Part shown: piece after piece, positions 17,601-27,369 of the stretch
How positions within the stretch are numbered: position 1 is the stretch's first letter
Layout: every line of letters begins with the position of its first letter
Assembly: GCA_047615425.1 (NCBI GenBank)
Contig: JBLHGH010000001.1
Coordinates: 1-36,351, forward strand
Source of the DNA: Candidatus Latescibacterota bacterium
Lineage (GTDB): Bacteria; Bacteroidota; Bacteroidia; Flavobacteriales; Flavobacteriaceae
DNA length: 36,351 nucleotides
Direction of reading: 5' to 3'
Program-made: the position numbers and the translations under genes
Notes under the pieces: model-generated
Told to the model about the DNA's origin: nothing
Databases searched by the model: none
What the model saw: only the letters and a program-made list of their open reading frames with translations

Positions 17601-20200
17601 GTGCCAAAATGCTTGTTTTTTCAGCAGATAAAGAAAAATACAATGTAGGTGATGAAGCGATTATATCATTCCCATCAGGAAGTGAAGGCAGGGCACTAGT
17701 GAGTATTGAAAATGGAACCGAAGTATTGTCCACACAATGGGTTGAAACTAAAAAAGGGGAGACTAAAGCTACTATTAAATTGACTGAGGACATGGCTCCC
17801 AATGTCTTCGTAAACATTTCCTTATTGCAACCTCATGAGCAAACCAAAAACGATTTGCCAATTCGATTGTACGGCGTTGTTCCTTTGCTAGTTGAAAATC
17901 CCGCAACCATATTAAAGCCTGAATTATCAATGCCCGATGTATTGAAGCCAGAAGAGACTTTTACCGTTTCGGTTTCCGAAGAAAACAAGAAGGCCATGAC
18001 GTATACTATTGCTATGGTTGATGAAGGCTTGCTGGATATCACGCGTTTTCAAACACCAAAAATCCACAAGGCGTTCTATACCCGTGAAGCCTTAGGTGTA
18101 AAAACCTTTGACATCTATGATTATGTGATTGGCGCTTACTCAGGTAGTGTTGATAATATCTATGCCATTGGTGGAGGTGACGAGGCTACAGGTGCAAAAA
18201 ACCGAAAAGCAGATCGCTTTAAGCCAGTCGTAAAATACTTAGGTCCTTTTAATTTAAAAGCTGGTGAAAAAGCAAGCCATAAAATAACGATGCCAAATTA
18301 TATTGGCTCGGTAAAAACAATGGTAATTGCAGGAGACAATCCAAAAAGCGCTTACGGAAAAGTCGATAAAGTAACGCCTGTTCGCAAACCCTTGATGGTG
18401 TTAGCCTCGCTTCCACGGAAATTATCTCCAGGTGAAAAAGTAACACTTCCTGTTACCGTTTTTGCCATGGAAAAAAAGGTAAAAAATGCAACGATTAAAT
18501 TAACTGTTGGAGACGCATTAAAACCGCTCAATGGCTTATCGAAAAGCATTTCATTTTCGGAACCAGGAGAACAAATTGTAAACTTTGAATTTGAAGTGAT
18601 GGCAACTGATGAATTCCAGACTATAGAAGTTGTTGCTTCTGGAAGTGGGGAAACAGCAAGCTATAAGGTTGAGATTGATGTTGAAAATCCGAATCCGATT
18701 TCGCAAAAAACGACAGAATTAACACTTGTTGAAAACGGCTCAGAAAATATCGCTTTTGAAACCTTCGGTGTGTCTGGAAGTAATGCTGCAATGCTCGAGT
18801 TTTCTACAGTACCGCCAATGAACTTCGGTAAGCGCTTGGAGTACCTAATTCGTTATCCTCATGGCTGTATAGAACAAACTACCTCTGGAGCGTTTCCACA
18901 GCTGTACGTGGCAGATATCTTTGATGTGACTTTCGATAAAAAGGATGAAATGAAATCCAATGTGGAAGCAGCAATTAAGCGCCTCGGTAATTTCCAAATT
19001 GAAAATGGTGGTTTAAGCTATTGGCCAGGAGAACGTGATGCAACCGAATGGGGAACTAATTACGCTGGTCATTTCATGCTTGAAGCCAAACAAAAAGGCT
19101 ATGCTTTACCAATTACCTTTATAAGCAATTGGTTGCGCTATCAAAAGAATATGGCAAGACAGTGGCGTAGCAATGATCCGCACTACAATCAAAGCTTAAC
19201 ACAAGCATATCGTCTATATACATTAGCGCTTGCTGGTCAACCTGAGTTAGCCGCAATGAATAGGCTGCGTGAATCTAAGGGGTTGAGCAATGATGCCAAA
19301 TGGCGTTTAGCAGCCGCCTATGCCCTAGCTGGGAAAAAGAAAGTCGCCGAAGAAATAGTCCGATCTGCTAACATCAATTTCCAGCCGCAGAACTATGATT
19401 ATTACACCTACGGGTCTCCATTTAGAAACAAGGCAATGGCGCTAGAAACCATGGTTGCCATGGGCGATGCAAAGCAAAGAGAAATCGCCATTTCTCTTGC
19501 GAAAGAATTGTCGTCAGATCGCTGGTATAGCACACAAGAAACAGCCTATGGTTTGCTGGCTATGGCTAAAATGATAAATAAAAATGGGGGCAAAGCATTG
19601 GAATTAACCTTTACTCAAAATGGAAAATCGACTATGGTTAAAACAGATCGCGCAGTAGCACAGCGAGATATTGGTTTTGCTATGGGCAGCAATACCGTTA
19701 CTGTTTCAAATAATAAAGGAAACGTAGTGTACGTGACACTAATCCAAAAAGGGAAATTACCCTTAGGTGATGAGCTCACCGAAAGAAGAAACTTTGCGGT
19801 AGTTGCTCAATATGTTGATGGCGATAACATGACGCTAGACATCAAAAAGCTACGCCAAGGGACAGAGATAAATGCAACGGTCACGGTAACAAATACTTCA
19901 GACGACTATGTAGATAATGTTGCTCTTTCTAAAATTTTCCCCGGTGGCTGGGAAATTGTGAATACAAGCTTTACTGAATTGAGGGGAGGTGCAAAAGGAG
20001 ACGAACGTTATACAGATATTCGTGATGATCGTGTTAATTTCTATTTCGACTTAAATCGAAATGAGTCCAAGACCTTCAATGTAAAATTAAACGCCTCTTA
20101 TCTAGGGACTTATTATTTGCCTGGAACCCAAGCGGAAGCTATGTATGACAATAATTATTATGCCCGAAATCAAGGAATTTGGGTCGCTGTAGAAAAGTAG
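14627..20200 (+). CDS. Bacterial alpha-2-macroglobulin lipoprotein
   Basis: Lipobox SGC, TERGVHRPGD, AMVDEG, thioester motif YPHGCIEQ (CIEQ at 18866-18877), AEAMY; followed by pbpC. Confidence 0.95.
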   Translation: MKQLFRLLTLALFLVISGCGNKNDSSETDNLFVYKAYVSYATYGNQSVASPIRIDLANLLTQYEINQVLPSGILKTSPKTEGTLRLENGRSLIFVPSEDLRPDTEYSVTVKLSELYEDIEKAFKNYTFNFKTIKPNFKVDLGNLQSYSKQWQYVTGTIEASDVIDIEKAKQLISVKQNENKLKIQWEQEIGKSSYYSFTIDSIQRYVEDSEITMKWNGKAIQTTENKGKNTFAIPGQNNFTVVDLQSTLAPHASLSVNFSDPLQENQNFAGLVHVENAENLRFEVTGNVLNVYPANRIVGTARVTLFNGIKNSDGFSLKNEFSELVSFEQLKPSVRILSKGVILPNAASTPLYFEAVNLSAVDVRIIKVYEPNMLQYLQNGDLDDTSVYNIKRVGRRIAKKTIQLSDNMANNGLWKAHAINLSDIFAADPGALYRIEISFKKSYSSYDCEIASEETTNTEEDYYEDEYYEEDYYDEDVADVSGGEEEREERYWDNELYNWRQNSYNWRERENPCHDAYYHENQVARTNVLGSDLGIIVKKGSNQSYHFAVSNLLTTQPEAGTKIDLFNYQQQRIETVTTDSEGLAIYDSERTVSFAVARKDNNYAYAKLADGNALSLSKFDVSGKELQKGLKGFLYTERGVHRPGDSIHLTFVLNDAANKLPKNHPVKLEVMDAKGKLVQRTVTANSVKGFYYFPIATDAAAPTGNWSANISVGGVSFSKSLKVATIKPNRLKIKLDFDDAILDASKPITGSASALWLHGAPARDMRIEMDATLSSTATAFDKFKNYKFQDPVRQFNEVELNIMDKTLSSEGTTAFSEKFDLSEKAPGMLKATFLTKVYEGGGDFSIDVFSKNLAPFSHFAGLQSPEPHKYGSYFTDENTSFGLVSVDARGNASGNRELLVKVFKIEWRWWWNRGRDNLSRYEDATYHRPIKEMDVTTGSNGKANFSINIPDEEGGRYLIRVIDKNSGHATGRITYFYRNWWKRPVDGDAESAKMLVFSADKEKYNVGDEAIISFPSGSEGRALVSIENGTEVLSTQWVETKKGETKATIKLTEDMAPNVFVNISLLQPHEQTKNDLPIRLYGVVPLLVENPATILKPELSMPDVLKPEETFTVSVSEENKKAMTYTIAMVDEGLLDITRFQTPKIHKAFYTREALGVKTFDIYDYVIGAYSGSVDNIYAIGGGDEATGAKNRKADRFKPVVKYLGPFNLKAGEKASHKITMPNYIGSVKTMVIAGDNPKSAYGKVDKVTPVRKPLMVLASLPRKLSPGEKVTLPVTVFAMEKKVKNATIKLTVGDALKPLNGLSKSISFSEPGEQIVNFEFEVMATDEFQTIEVVASGSGETASYKVEIDVENPNPISQKTTELTLVENGSENIAFETFGVSGSNAAMLEFSTVPPMNFGKRLEYLIRYPHGCIEQTTSGAFPQLYVADIFDVTFDKKDEMKSNVEAAIKRLGNFQIENGGLSYWPGERDATEWGTNYAGHFMLEAKQKGYALPITFISNWLRYQKNMARQWRSNDPHYNQSLTQAYRLYTLALAGQPELAAMNRLRESKGLSNDAKWRLAAAYALAGKKKVAEEIVRSANINFQPQNYDYYTYGSPFRNKAMALETMVAMGDAKQREIAISLAKELSSDRWYSTQETAYGLLAMAKMINKNGGKALELTFTQNGKSTMVKTDRAVAQRDIGFAMGSNTVTVSNNKGNVVYVTLIQKGKLPLGDELTERRNFAVVAQYVDGDNMTLDIKKLRQGTEINATVTVTNTSDDYVDNVALSKIFPGGWEIVNTSFTELRGGAKGDERYTDIRDDRVNFYFDLNRNESKTFNVKLNASYLGTYYLPGTQAEAMYDNNYYARNQGIWVAVEK
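16004..16057 (+). repeat. Imperfect 15-nt coding tandem repeat (EEDYY EDEYY EEDYY DED)
   Basis: GAGGAAGACTATTAC GAAGACGAATACTAT GAGGAAGATTATTAT GATGAAGAT. Confidence 0.75.
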
Positions 20201-22570
20201 ATGAAATCTTCGTTTCAATATATTATCTCCTTTGGGGGAAAACACAAAATCAAACTTAGTTTGTTCTTTGCTGGTTCTCTATTTTGGCTTTTTTGCATCC
20301 CTTCTAATTTATTCGACGTCCCAACGGCTACCGTTGTGGAAAGCAAAGAAGGATACATGTTAGGCGCGCGTATTGCAGATGATGGGCAATGGCGTTTTCC
20401 GAAGATGGACAGCGTCCCAAACAGGTTTGAGCAGGCCATTTTACACTTTGAAGACGAATATTTTTATAGTCATCCTGGGATTAATCCTGTCGCTATCGCA
20501 AAAGCACTTTGGGGGAACTTGACTACTGATAAGCGTCGCGGCGGAAGCACCCTAACACAACAGGTAATCAGGCTCTCTCGAAAGAACAAAAAACGTAGCT
20601 ACGGTGAAAAGTTTGTTGAAATGATTCAAGCAACACGCCTAGAAGCGGGTTATTCGAAGAAGGAAATTTTAAATCTCTACGCTTCTTATGCGCCTTACGG
20701 CGGAAATGTGGTTGGTCTGGAAACCGCTTCGTGGCGGTATTTTGGTATTCCTTCATCAGAGTTAAGTTGGGGACAAGCAACGTCATTGGCTGTGTTGCCT
20801 AATGCTCCCTCGCTAATTTTCCCTGGGAAGAACGAAGTGCTTTTAAAGCAAAAACGCGACAGGTTATTGCTAAAATTATTTCAAAATAATATTATTGATG
20901 AGACAACTTATTCCCTAGCCTTAGATGAGGCTCTTCCAGGGAAACCATTTCCACTGCCAGAAATTGCACCTCATTTTACCGAGAAAGTACGAGCAAAACA
21001 CAATGGCGCGCGTCTTCAAACAACCATTGATTACAACCTTCAACGAAAGACTAATTCTATTGCTAGAGACCATCATTACGCCCTGAGGCAAAACGAGATT
21101 CAGAATTTAGCCATTTTAATTCTCGATGTAGAGACCAGGGAGGTATTGGCCTATGTTGGCAATGCACCCACTACTAGAGAGAACAATAATTATGTAGATA
21201 TCATTTCAAAGTCTCGAAGTACAGGAAGTATTTTAAAACCATTCCTCTATGCTTCAATTTTAGACGGGGGCGATCTCCTACCAAACACCCTCGTGGCAGA
21301 TGTGCCAACTGTGATTAACGGATATAATCCCCAAAATTTTGACAAAAAATTTAACGGTGCTGTGCCGGCCAGTGTTGCCCTTTCCCGTTCCTTAAATGTC
21401 CCGGCTGTTAGGATGTTACGCTCCTACGGACTGGAGCGTTTTTACAACAAACTTAAAAAAATAAATCAACCGCAAATTGACAAACCAGCTAATTATTACG
21501 GACTCTCAATCATTTTAGGTGGTGCAGAAAGTTCGTTATGGGATATTACGAATAGCTACGCTGGCATGGCCTCAACGCTTAACTTCTTTAATCACTCTTC
21601 GAGCGAATATCGTGATGGAGCTTTTGTGAGTCCGGTTTATGTAAAAAATCAAGAGGCAAATTTCGGAAAAGTGCAATCAAAGTCGGCTGTTTTAAATGCT
21701 GGGGCTATTTACAAAACGCTAGAAGCTTTGCAGGCTGTGAACCGACCACAAGGCGAAGAAAATTGGAATTTCTTTTCAAATTCTCAACCCATTGCATGGA
21801 AGACAGGAACGAGTTTCGGGTTTAAAGATGCATGGGCGGTTGGCGTGACCTCACAATATGCTATAGGCGTTTGGGCTGGAAATGCAGATGGCGAAGGAAG
21901 GCCCGGGCTCACAGGTATTCAGGCAGCTGCGCCTATATTATTTGATGTGCTTAGTATACTTCCAAAAAGCGAATGGTTTGCAACTCCCTATGACGCGTTA
22001 CTCGAAGCAGATATCTGTCCTACCAGCGGCCATTTGGCGAGTGCTTTTTGTGACGAAATAGTTTCAGAGTTCATTCCTAAACACGGCATAAAAACCAAAG
22101 CATGTACGTATCATCAAAGGGTTTTTCTCAATGAGTCTCAAACTGCACGAGTAAATTCTTCCTGTTATCCACTAGGGAATATGAAGCAAAAAAGTTGGTT
22201 TGCCCTTCCTCCAGTGATGGAATATTATTACGCGCAGCTACATCCTGAGTACAAGTCCCTTCCTTCCTTTGAACAGGGTTGCCTGCAAGAAGGCGAACTT
22301 CCGATGGAGTTTATTTTTCCGAAGCGAAATGAAACCGTTTTATTAACTAAAAATTTCGATGCGAATATCAATGAAGTCATTTTCAAATTGGCACATAGAT
22401 CTCCAGAAACAACTGTCTATTGGTATCTCGATGAAACCTTTATGGGCACAACGGAAACATTTCATGAATTAGCCTTAGCGCCCAAACCAGGGAACTATGT
22501 ACTGTCTGTAACAGATCAGGACGGGAATGCAGTACGACAACAGATTGAAATATCAAGAGCTTCCAATTGA
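20201..22570 (+). CDS. pbpC: Penicillin-binding protein 1C
   Basis: Transglycosylase EDEYFYSHPG and GGSTLTQQ; transpeptidase SILK, SLN, KTG; C-terminal BiPBP-like domain; abuts A2M. Confidence 0.95.
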   Translation: MKSSFQYIISFGGKHKIKLSLFFAGSLFWLFCIPSNLFDVPTATVVESKEGYMLGARIADDGQWRFPKMDSVPNRFEQAILHFEDEYFYSHPGINPVAIAKALWGNLTTDKRRGGSTLTQQVIRLSRKNKKRSYGEKFVEMIQATRLEAGYSKKEILNLYASYAPYGGNVVGLETASWRYFGIPSSELSWGQATSLAVLPNAPSLIFPGKNEVLLKQKRDRLLLKLFQNNIIDETTYSLALDEALPGKPFPLPEIAPHFTEKVRAKHNGARLQTTIDYNLQRKTNSIARDHHYALRQNEIQNLAILILDVETREVLAYVGNAPTTRENNNYVDIISKSRSTGSILKPFLYASILDGGDLLPNTLVADVPTVINGYNPQNFDKKFNGAVPASVALSRSLNVPAVRMLRSYGLERFYNKLKKINQPQIDKPANYYGLSIILGGAESSLWDITNSYAGMASTLNFFNHSSSEYRDGAFVSPVYVKNQEANFGKVQSKSAVLNAGAIYKTLEALQAVNRPQGEENWNFFSNSQPIAWKTGTSFGFKDAWAVGVTSQYAIGVWAGNADGEGRPGLTGIQAAAPILFDVLSILPKSEWFATPYDALLEADICPTSGHLASAFCDEIVSEFIPKHGIKTKACTYHQRVFLNESQTARVNSSCYPLGNMKQKSWFALPPVMEYYYAQLHPEYKSLPSFEQGCLQEGELPMEFIFPKRNETVLLTKNFDANINEVIFKLAHRSPETTVYWYLDETFMGTTETFHELALAPKPGNYVLSVTDQDGNAVRQQIEISRASN

Positions 22571-22594
22571 CAAACTATTCGTTATTTTAGTAGC

Positions 22595-25087
22595 ATGCGA
22601 ATTCTGTCCTTGCTCTTCCTGTTTTTTATCTTGATTTCATGTGGCGAAAGTCCGAATGAACGCAGTTCGCTAAACGCTGATTGGAAATTTTCAGAAACGA
22701 ATGATACCTTATGGAGGAAGGCCACCGTGCCCGGAACCGTCCAAACAGATTTACTTGCGCTGGGTGAAATTCCAGATCCCTTTATTCTGCTCAATGAAGA
22801 CTCCATTCAATGGGTTTCAGAAAGAAATTGGGATTATAAGAAATCGTTTTCTGTTTCTTCGGAAAGGTTAAAAAAGCAAAAACATTTTATTCGCTTTGAA
22901 GGCCTAGACACCTATGCAACTGTCCTGCTAAATGACTCACTAATCCTTTCAGTAAATAATGCCTTTCGAAGCTGGGAGGTTGATGTAAGTAATGCGCTTC
23001 AGCTAGAGAATGAACTAACAATTCATTTCAAATCTGTTGATTCCATTGAACAAATTGAAGCGGCGAAGTTGCCCTATGTCTTACCCGAATCTCCTCGCGT
23101 ATTCACCAGAAAACCGCAATTTCAGTACGGCTGGGATTGGGGGCCAACAATTAAAACCATGGGAATCTGGCGGGATATTTCTTTGATTTCCTATGAACAA
23201 ACAAGGCTCAAAGACGCGTACCTTAAAACAGAAAACCTGAATGTTTCTGATTCAACAGTAATCTTAACTGCCAATCTAGAACTCTTCACGCAAGAAAATA
23301 ATATAGTTACAATTGATATTTTAAATCAAACAACCGGTGTGACCTCTTCACAACAATTAGAATTGTGTCAAGGCGCTAACGAGTATCAAGTTCTTTTCGA
23401 AATAGAAAACCCTCAATTCTGGTGGACACACAATCTCGGCGAGCCTTTCCTTTATGATATTGCCATTCATGTGAAACAGGGAAACAGCATCATTGACTCG
23501 CTTAGGAAAAAAATTGGTCTGCGCACCATTGAGCTGGTTACGGAGAAGGACGAAATTGGAGAAAGTTTCTATTTCAAATTAAACGGTAAACCGGTTTACA
23601 TGAAAGGCGCTAACTACATTCCACAGAACATTTTTCTTTCTGAAGTCAAAGTAAATGATCGTGAAAAACTACTCAACGATGTTGTTGATGCAAACATGAA
23701 CATGTTGCGTGTTTGGGGTGGAGGCGTTTATGAAGATGAGGCTTTTTATAACGTATGTGATGAAAAAGGCATCCTTGTTTGGCAAGATTTCATGTTCGCT
23801 TGTGCTATGTATCCCGGAGATGAGTCATTTATTGAAAATGTAAAGCAAGAGGCCATCGAAAATGTCAAGCGCCTCCGTAATCACCCAAGTATTGCGCTCT
23901 GGTGTGGCAATAACGAAAACAGCGAAGGCTGGGCGCGTTGGGGTTGGGCAGATAACAAAAGCCCTGAGGTTCGCGCCAAAATTTGGAGCGATTATTCCAC
24001 CCTTTTCAACCATGTGCTACCTCGTGTAGTGGATAGTTTACACCCTTCCGTTTCTTATTGGGAGAGCTCTCCAAAATACGGCCGAGGTGACAAACGTTTT
24101 AAGACCGAAGGGGATGCACATGACTGGTGGGTATGGCATGATGAGTATCCCTTTGAACATTTTGAAGAGGAGGTCCCTAGGTTTATGAGTGAGTTCGGAT
24201 TTCAAGCATTCCCTTCATATGAAGCTATCTACAAACTAACCGGATTGGACACTATTAATCTATCTCATTCCAGTTTCGCCACCCATCAAAAACACGACAG
24301 AGGTTTTTCATTGATCCGAAAATATATGGAACGTGACTTTCCAGTCCCTACTAACGATGCGGATTATGCCTATGTGAGTCAATTAGTACAAGCCTATGGA
24401 ATTACAAAAGGCATCCGTGCTCACAGACGTTCCAAGCCTTACAATATGGGGACGCTTTATTGGCAATTGAACGATTGCTGGCCTGTGGTTTCTTGGTCCA
24501 GTATTGATGGTTTGGGCAATTGGAAGGCCTTACATCATTATGCTCAAAGAGCTTTTGAAAACAGGCTGATTATCCCTTTTGAGGAAAATCACAGCCTAAA
24601 AATCACAGTGGTGGATGATAATTTTAGAACCATTACTGCGGATATGTATGTTCTTTTTCGGGATTTTAAAGGGCAGGTTTTACACCAAACCGAAACCGAA
24701 GTTGTGAGCACATTCAACGATAAAAACGAGGTGGTTTATGAAGTTAATTTAACCGAAATTGATTTTGACCGCCGAGCTACTTATGCTGAAATTGTTTTTG
24801 GCAACATCAAGGAAATTTACTTTTTTGAAAAGCCGAAAGATCTGAAACTTGATTCAGTAAAAGTTGCTGCTTCAGTGGCTTTGGCGCCTGGTGGTTTTGC
24901 CATTACACTACAAGAAGCTACGCTTCAAAAAGACGTTTTTCTGAGCACAAAGCAACATGGAAAGTTTTCACATAATTTCTTTGATCTTCTTCCGAATGAA
25001 CCTCGTGTTATCTTGCTGAAAACGAACGAAAAAATGATTCCAAAAATTGAGATTCATACCCTGAACCAACTAATCGATATCCCATGA
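22595..25087 (+). CDS. GH2 beta-mannosidase, lipoprotein
   Basis: Lipobox ISC, FEGLDT, GWDWGP, NMLRVWGGG, WCGNNE, SEFG, YWQLND. Confidence 0.92.
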   Translation: MRILSLLFLFFILISCGESPNERSSLNADWKFSETNDTLWRKATVPGTVQTDLLALGEIPDPFILLNEDSIQWVSERNWDYKKSFSVSSERLKKQKHFIRFEGLDTYATVLLNDSLILSVNNAFRSWEVDVSNALQLENELTIHFKSVDSIEQIEAAKLPYVLPESPRVFTRKPQFQYGWDWGPTIKTMGIWRDISLISYEQTRLKDAYLKTENLNVSDSTVILTANLELFTQENNIVTIDILNQTTGVTSSQQLELCQGANEYQVLFEIENPQFWWTHNLGEPFLYDIAIHVKQGNSIIDSLRKKIGLRTIELVTEKDEIGESFYFKLNGKPVYMKGANYIPQNIFLSEVKVNDREKLLNDVVDANMNMLRVWGGGVYEDEAFYNVCDEKGILVWQDFMFACAMYPGDESFIENVKQEAIENVKRLRNHPSIALWCGNNENSEGWARWGWADNKSPEVRAKIWSDYSTLFNHVLPRVVDSLHPSVSYWESSPKYGRGDKRFKTEGDAHDWWVWHDEYPFEHFEEEVPRFMSEFGFQAFPSYEAIYKLTGLDTINLSHSSFATHQKHDRGFSLIRKYMERDFPVPTNDADYAYVSQLVQAYGITKGIRAHRRSKPYNMGTLYWQLNDCWPVVSWSSIDGLGNWKALHHYAQRAFENRLIIPFEENHSLKITVVDDNFRTITADMYVLFRDFKGQVLHQTETEVVSTFNDKNEVVYEVNLTEIDFDRRATYAEIVFGNIKEIYFFEKPKDLKLDSVKVAASVALAPGGFAITLQEATLQKDVFLSTKQHGKFSHNFFDLLPNEPRVILLKTNEKMIPKIEIHTLNQLIDIP

Positions 25088-27369
25088 AGAAACTACTAAA
25101 CCTTTCAGTGTTTATTATACTCTTCGGGTTTGTGTCTTGTGACAAAGCAATGGACGTAGTCCCAACTACGGTTCAAATAATTCCAAAACCGCAACAGATC
25201 ACGCAATATTCAAAAGGATTTTCTTTAAAGAAAGATGTCAAAATTTATTCACAAAAAGAATTCAATGTGGCTTCAACCTTCTTACTAAATTATCTACAAA
25301 AAGGCGCTGGTATTGGGAAAATGGCATCTTCCGAAGCAGAGGCAACCATCCATTTTGTTACTGATTTATCACTACCACAGGAGGGTTATGCCTTGCATAT
25401 TTCAGAAGAACAGATAACGATCAAAGCAGCAACCCCTTCAGGCGCTTTTTACGGAGTGCAAACCCTACGGCAATTGATTCCAGAGCGTATGGAGCGTAAA
25501 AATTCGGTCCCGCATCAAACAACCGTAATCCCTTGTTTGGATATCATAGATGCACCTCAATTTAGTTATCGTGGGATGCACCTTGATGTTGCGAGACATT
25601 TTTTTTCGAAGGAATTCATCAAAGAGTACATTGCAGCTATAGCCATGTTAAAAATGAATTATTTTCATTGGCATTTAACCGAAGACCAGGGCTGGCGAAT
25701 TGAAATAAAGCAATTTCCAAGACTAACTACCCATGCCGCCTATCGCGATGAAACTTTGATGGGTCATTATAACGAAAGTCCGCAGCAATTTGATGGAACC
25801 CGTTACGGAGGATTTTATACTCAAAAAGACGTCAAAGAAATTGTTGCTTTCGCAACCGCACATAACGTTATTATCATTCCAGAAATTGAAATGCCTGGGC
25901 ATGCACAGGCGGCTATCAGTGCCTACCCAAAATTAGGTTGTACAGGAGAGCAGGTTCCTGTGGCAACCAAATGGGGTGTATTTGAAAACATCTACTGCCC
26001 GAATCAAAACACCTTCGCATTCCTCGAAGGTGTTTTGACAGAAGTTATGGATTTGTTTCCAGGAGAATACATTCATATAGGCGGTGATGAAGCTCCTAAA
26101 TCGCAGTGGAAAAAATGTAATCATTGTCAGAAATTAATTTCAGACCTCAGCCTTGGTGATGAACACGGATTACAGAGCTATTTTATTCGAAAAATGGAAG
26201 CTTTTATAAATAGTAAGGGTAAAAAAATAATAGGCTGGGACGAAATACTAGAGGGTGGCTTGGCGCCAAACGCCACCGTAATGTCATGGCGTGGAACTAG
26301 CGGTGCTGTTGAAGCAGCTAAAGAAGGGCATGATATTATTCTAACACCTACCTCACATGCCTACTTTGATTATTACCAAGCAGATCATGCGGACGAACCT
26401 TTAGCTATTGGCGGGTTCCTTCCCTTGAAAAAGGTCTATAGTTTTAATCCTATTCCTGAAGAACTAACTGAGTCTGAAAGTAAATATGTACTTGGAGCGC
26501 AAGGAAATATTTGGACGGAGTATATGAAAACCGAATCACAGGTTGAATATATGGCGTTTCCGAGAACGCTTGCTATGAGTGAAGTTGTTTGGAGTGGTCC
26601 ATCAGAAAACATAGAACAGGACTATCCCAAATTTTTAGCTCGTGTTGAAAACTTCAATAAACGACTGGATGTTTTAGATGTGAATTACGCCAACCATTTG
26701 TATGACATAGAAGGAAGCACCCTTAAAAAAGACGGGAGGGTGTTTTATAAGCTAACGAGTCCAATTCAAGGAAAAGACATTAGGTATAAAATGAATCTCT
26801 CTTCCGCAGAAAAAATATATGATCAACCCATTCCAATAAACACACATACTATCTTGGAGGCTGCTGTCCAAATTTCAGAAAGTGCAGCGGGTCGGTCTTT
26901 TAAGCAATTAATTAATTTTCATAAAGGTATAAAAGGCACTGTAGCGATTAATACGAATCCACATCCCGCATATGCAGCTGGCGGAAAAGAAGCCTTAATA
27001 AATGGAATTGATGGGAGCGATACGCGTTATGGGGATAAAGAATGGCTAGGCTTTTGGGGGGAAGATTTGGAGATTGCTATTGATCTTGGGAAAGAAACAA
27101 ATGTCACTAAGGTGACTACACGTTTCTACAATGCGCCTGGACAATGGATTTATGCTCCGCCAAGTGCAGATCTAATTTATGGCTTTGAAGAGCCCCATAT
27201 TTCTACTGATTTAAAAAACACGGGGACCTTGGTAGAGGCTACATTCAACATCAACGTACACGCGCGTTTTCTAACCTTACGCATTCCTAGTTATGGTGTT
27301 ATTCCCGAAGGGCAACAGGGCGCAGGAAATAAAGCCTGGACCTTTATAGACGAAATAATAATTGAATGA
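25084..27369 (+). CDS. GH20 beta-N-acetylhexosaminidase, lipoprotein
   Basis: Lipobox VSC, RGMHLDVARH, HWHLTEDQGW, HIGGDE, C-terminal F5/8-like domain; ATGA overlap with GH2. Confidence 0.93.
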   Translation: MKKLLNLSVFIILFGFVSCDKAMDVVPTTVQIIPKPQQITQYSKGFSLKKDVKIYSQKEFNVASTFLLNYLQKGAGIGKMASSEAEATIHFVTDLSLPQEGYALHISEEQITIKAATPSGAFYGVQTLRQLIPERMERKNSVPHQTTVIPCLDIIDAPQFSYRGMHLDVARHFFSKEFIKEYIAAIAMLKMNYFHWHLTEDQGWRIEIKQFPRLTTHAAYRDETLMGHYNESPQQFDGTRYGGFYTQKDVKEIVAFATAHNVIIIPEIEMPGHAQAAISAYPKLGCTGEQVPVATKWGVFENIYCPNQNTFAFLEGVLTEVMDLFPGEYIHIGGDEAPKSQWKKCNHCQKLISDLSLGDEHGLQSYFIRKMEAFINSKGKKIIGWDEILEGGLAPNATVMSWRGTSGAVEAAKEGHDIILTPTSHAYFDYYQADHADEPLAIGGFLPLKKVYSFNPIPEELTESESKYVLGAQGNIWTEYMKTESQVEYMAFPRTLAMSEVVWSGPSENIEQDYPKFLARVENFNKRLDVLDVNYANHLYDIEGSTLKKDGRVFYKLTSPIQGKDIRYKMNLSSAEKIYDQPIPINTHTILEAAVQISESAAGRSFKQLINFHKGIKGTVAINTNPHPAYAAGGKEALINGIDGSDTRYGDKEWLGFWGEDLEIAIDLGKETNVTKVTTRFYNAPGQWIYAPPSADLIYGFEEPHISTDLKNTGTLVEATFNINVHARFLTLRIPSYGVIPEGQQGAGNKAWTFIDEIIIE

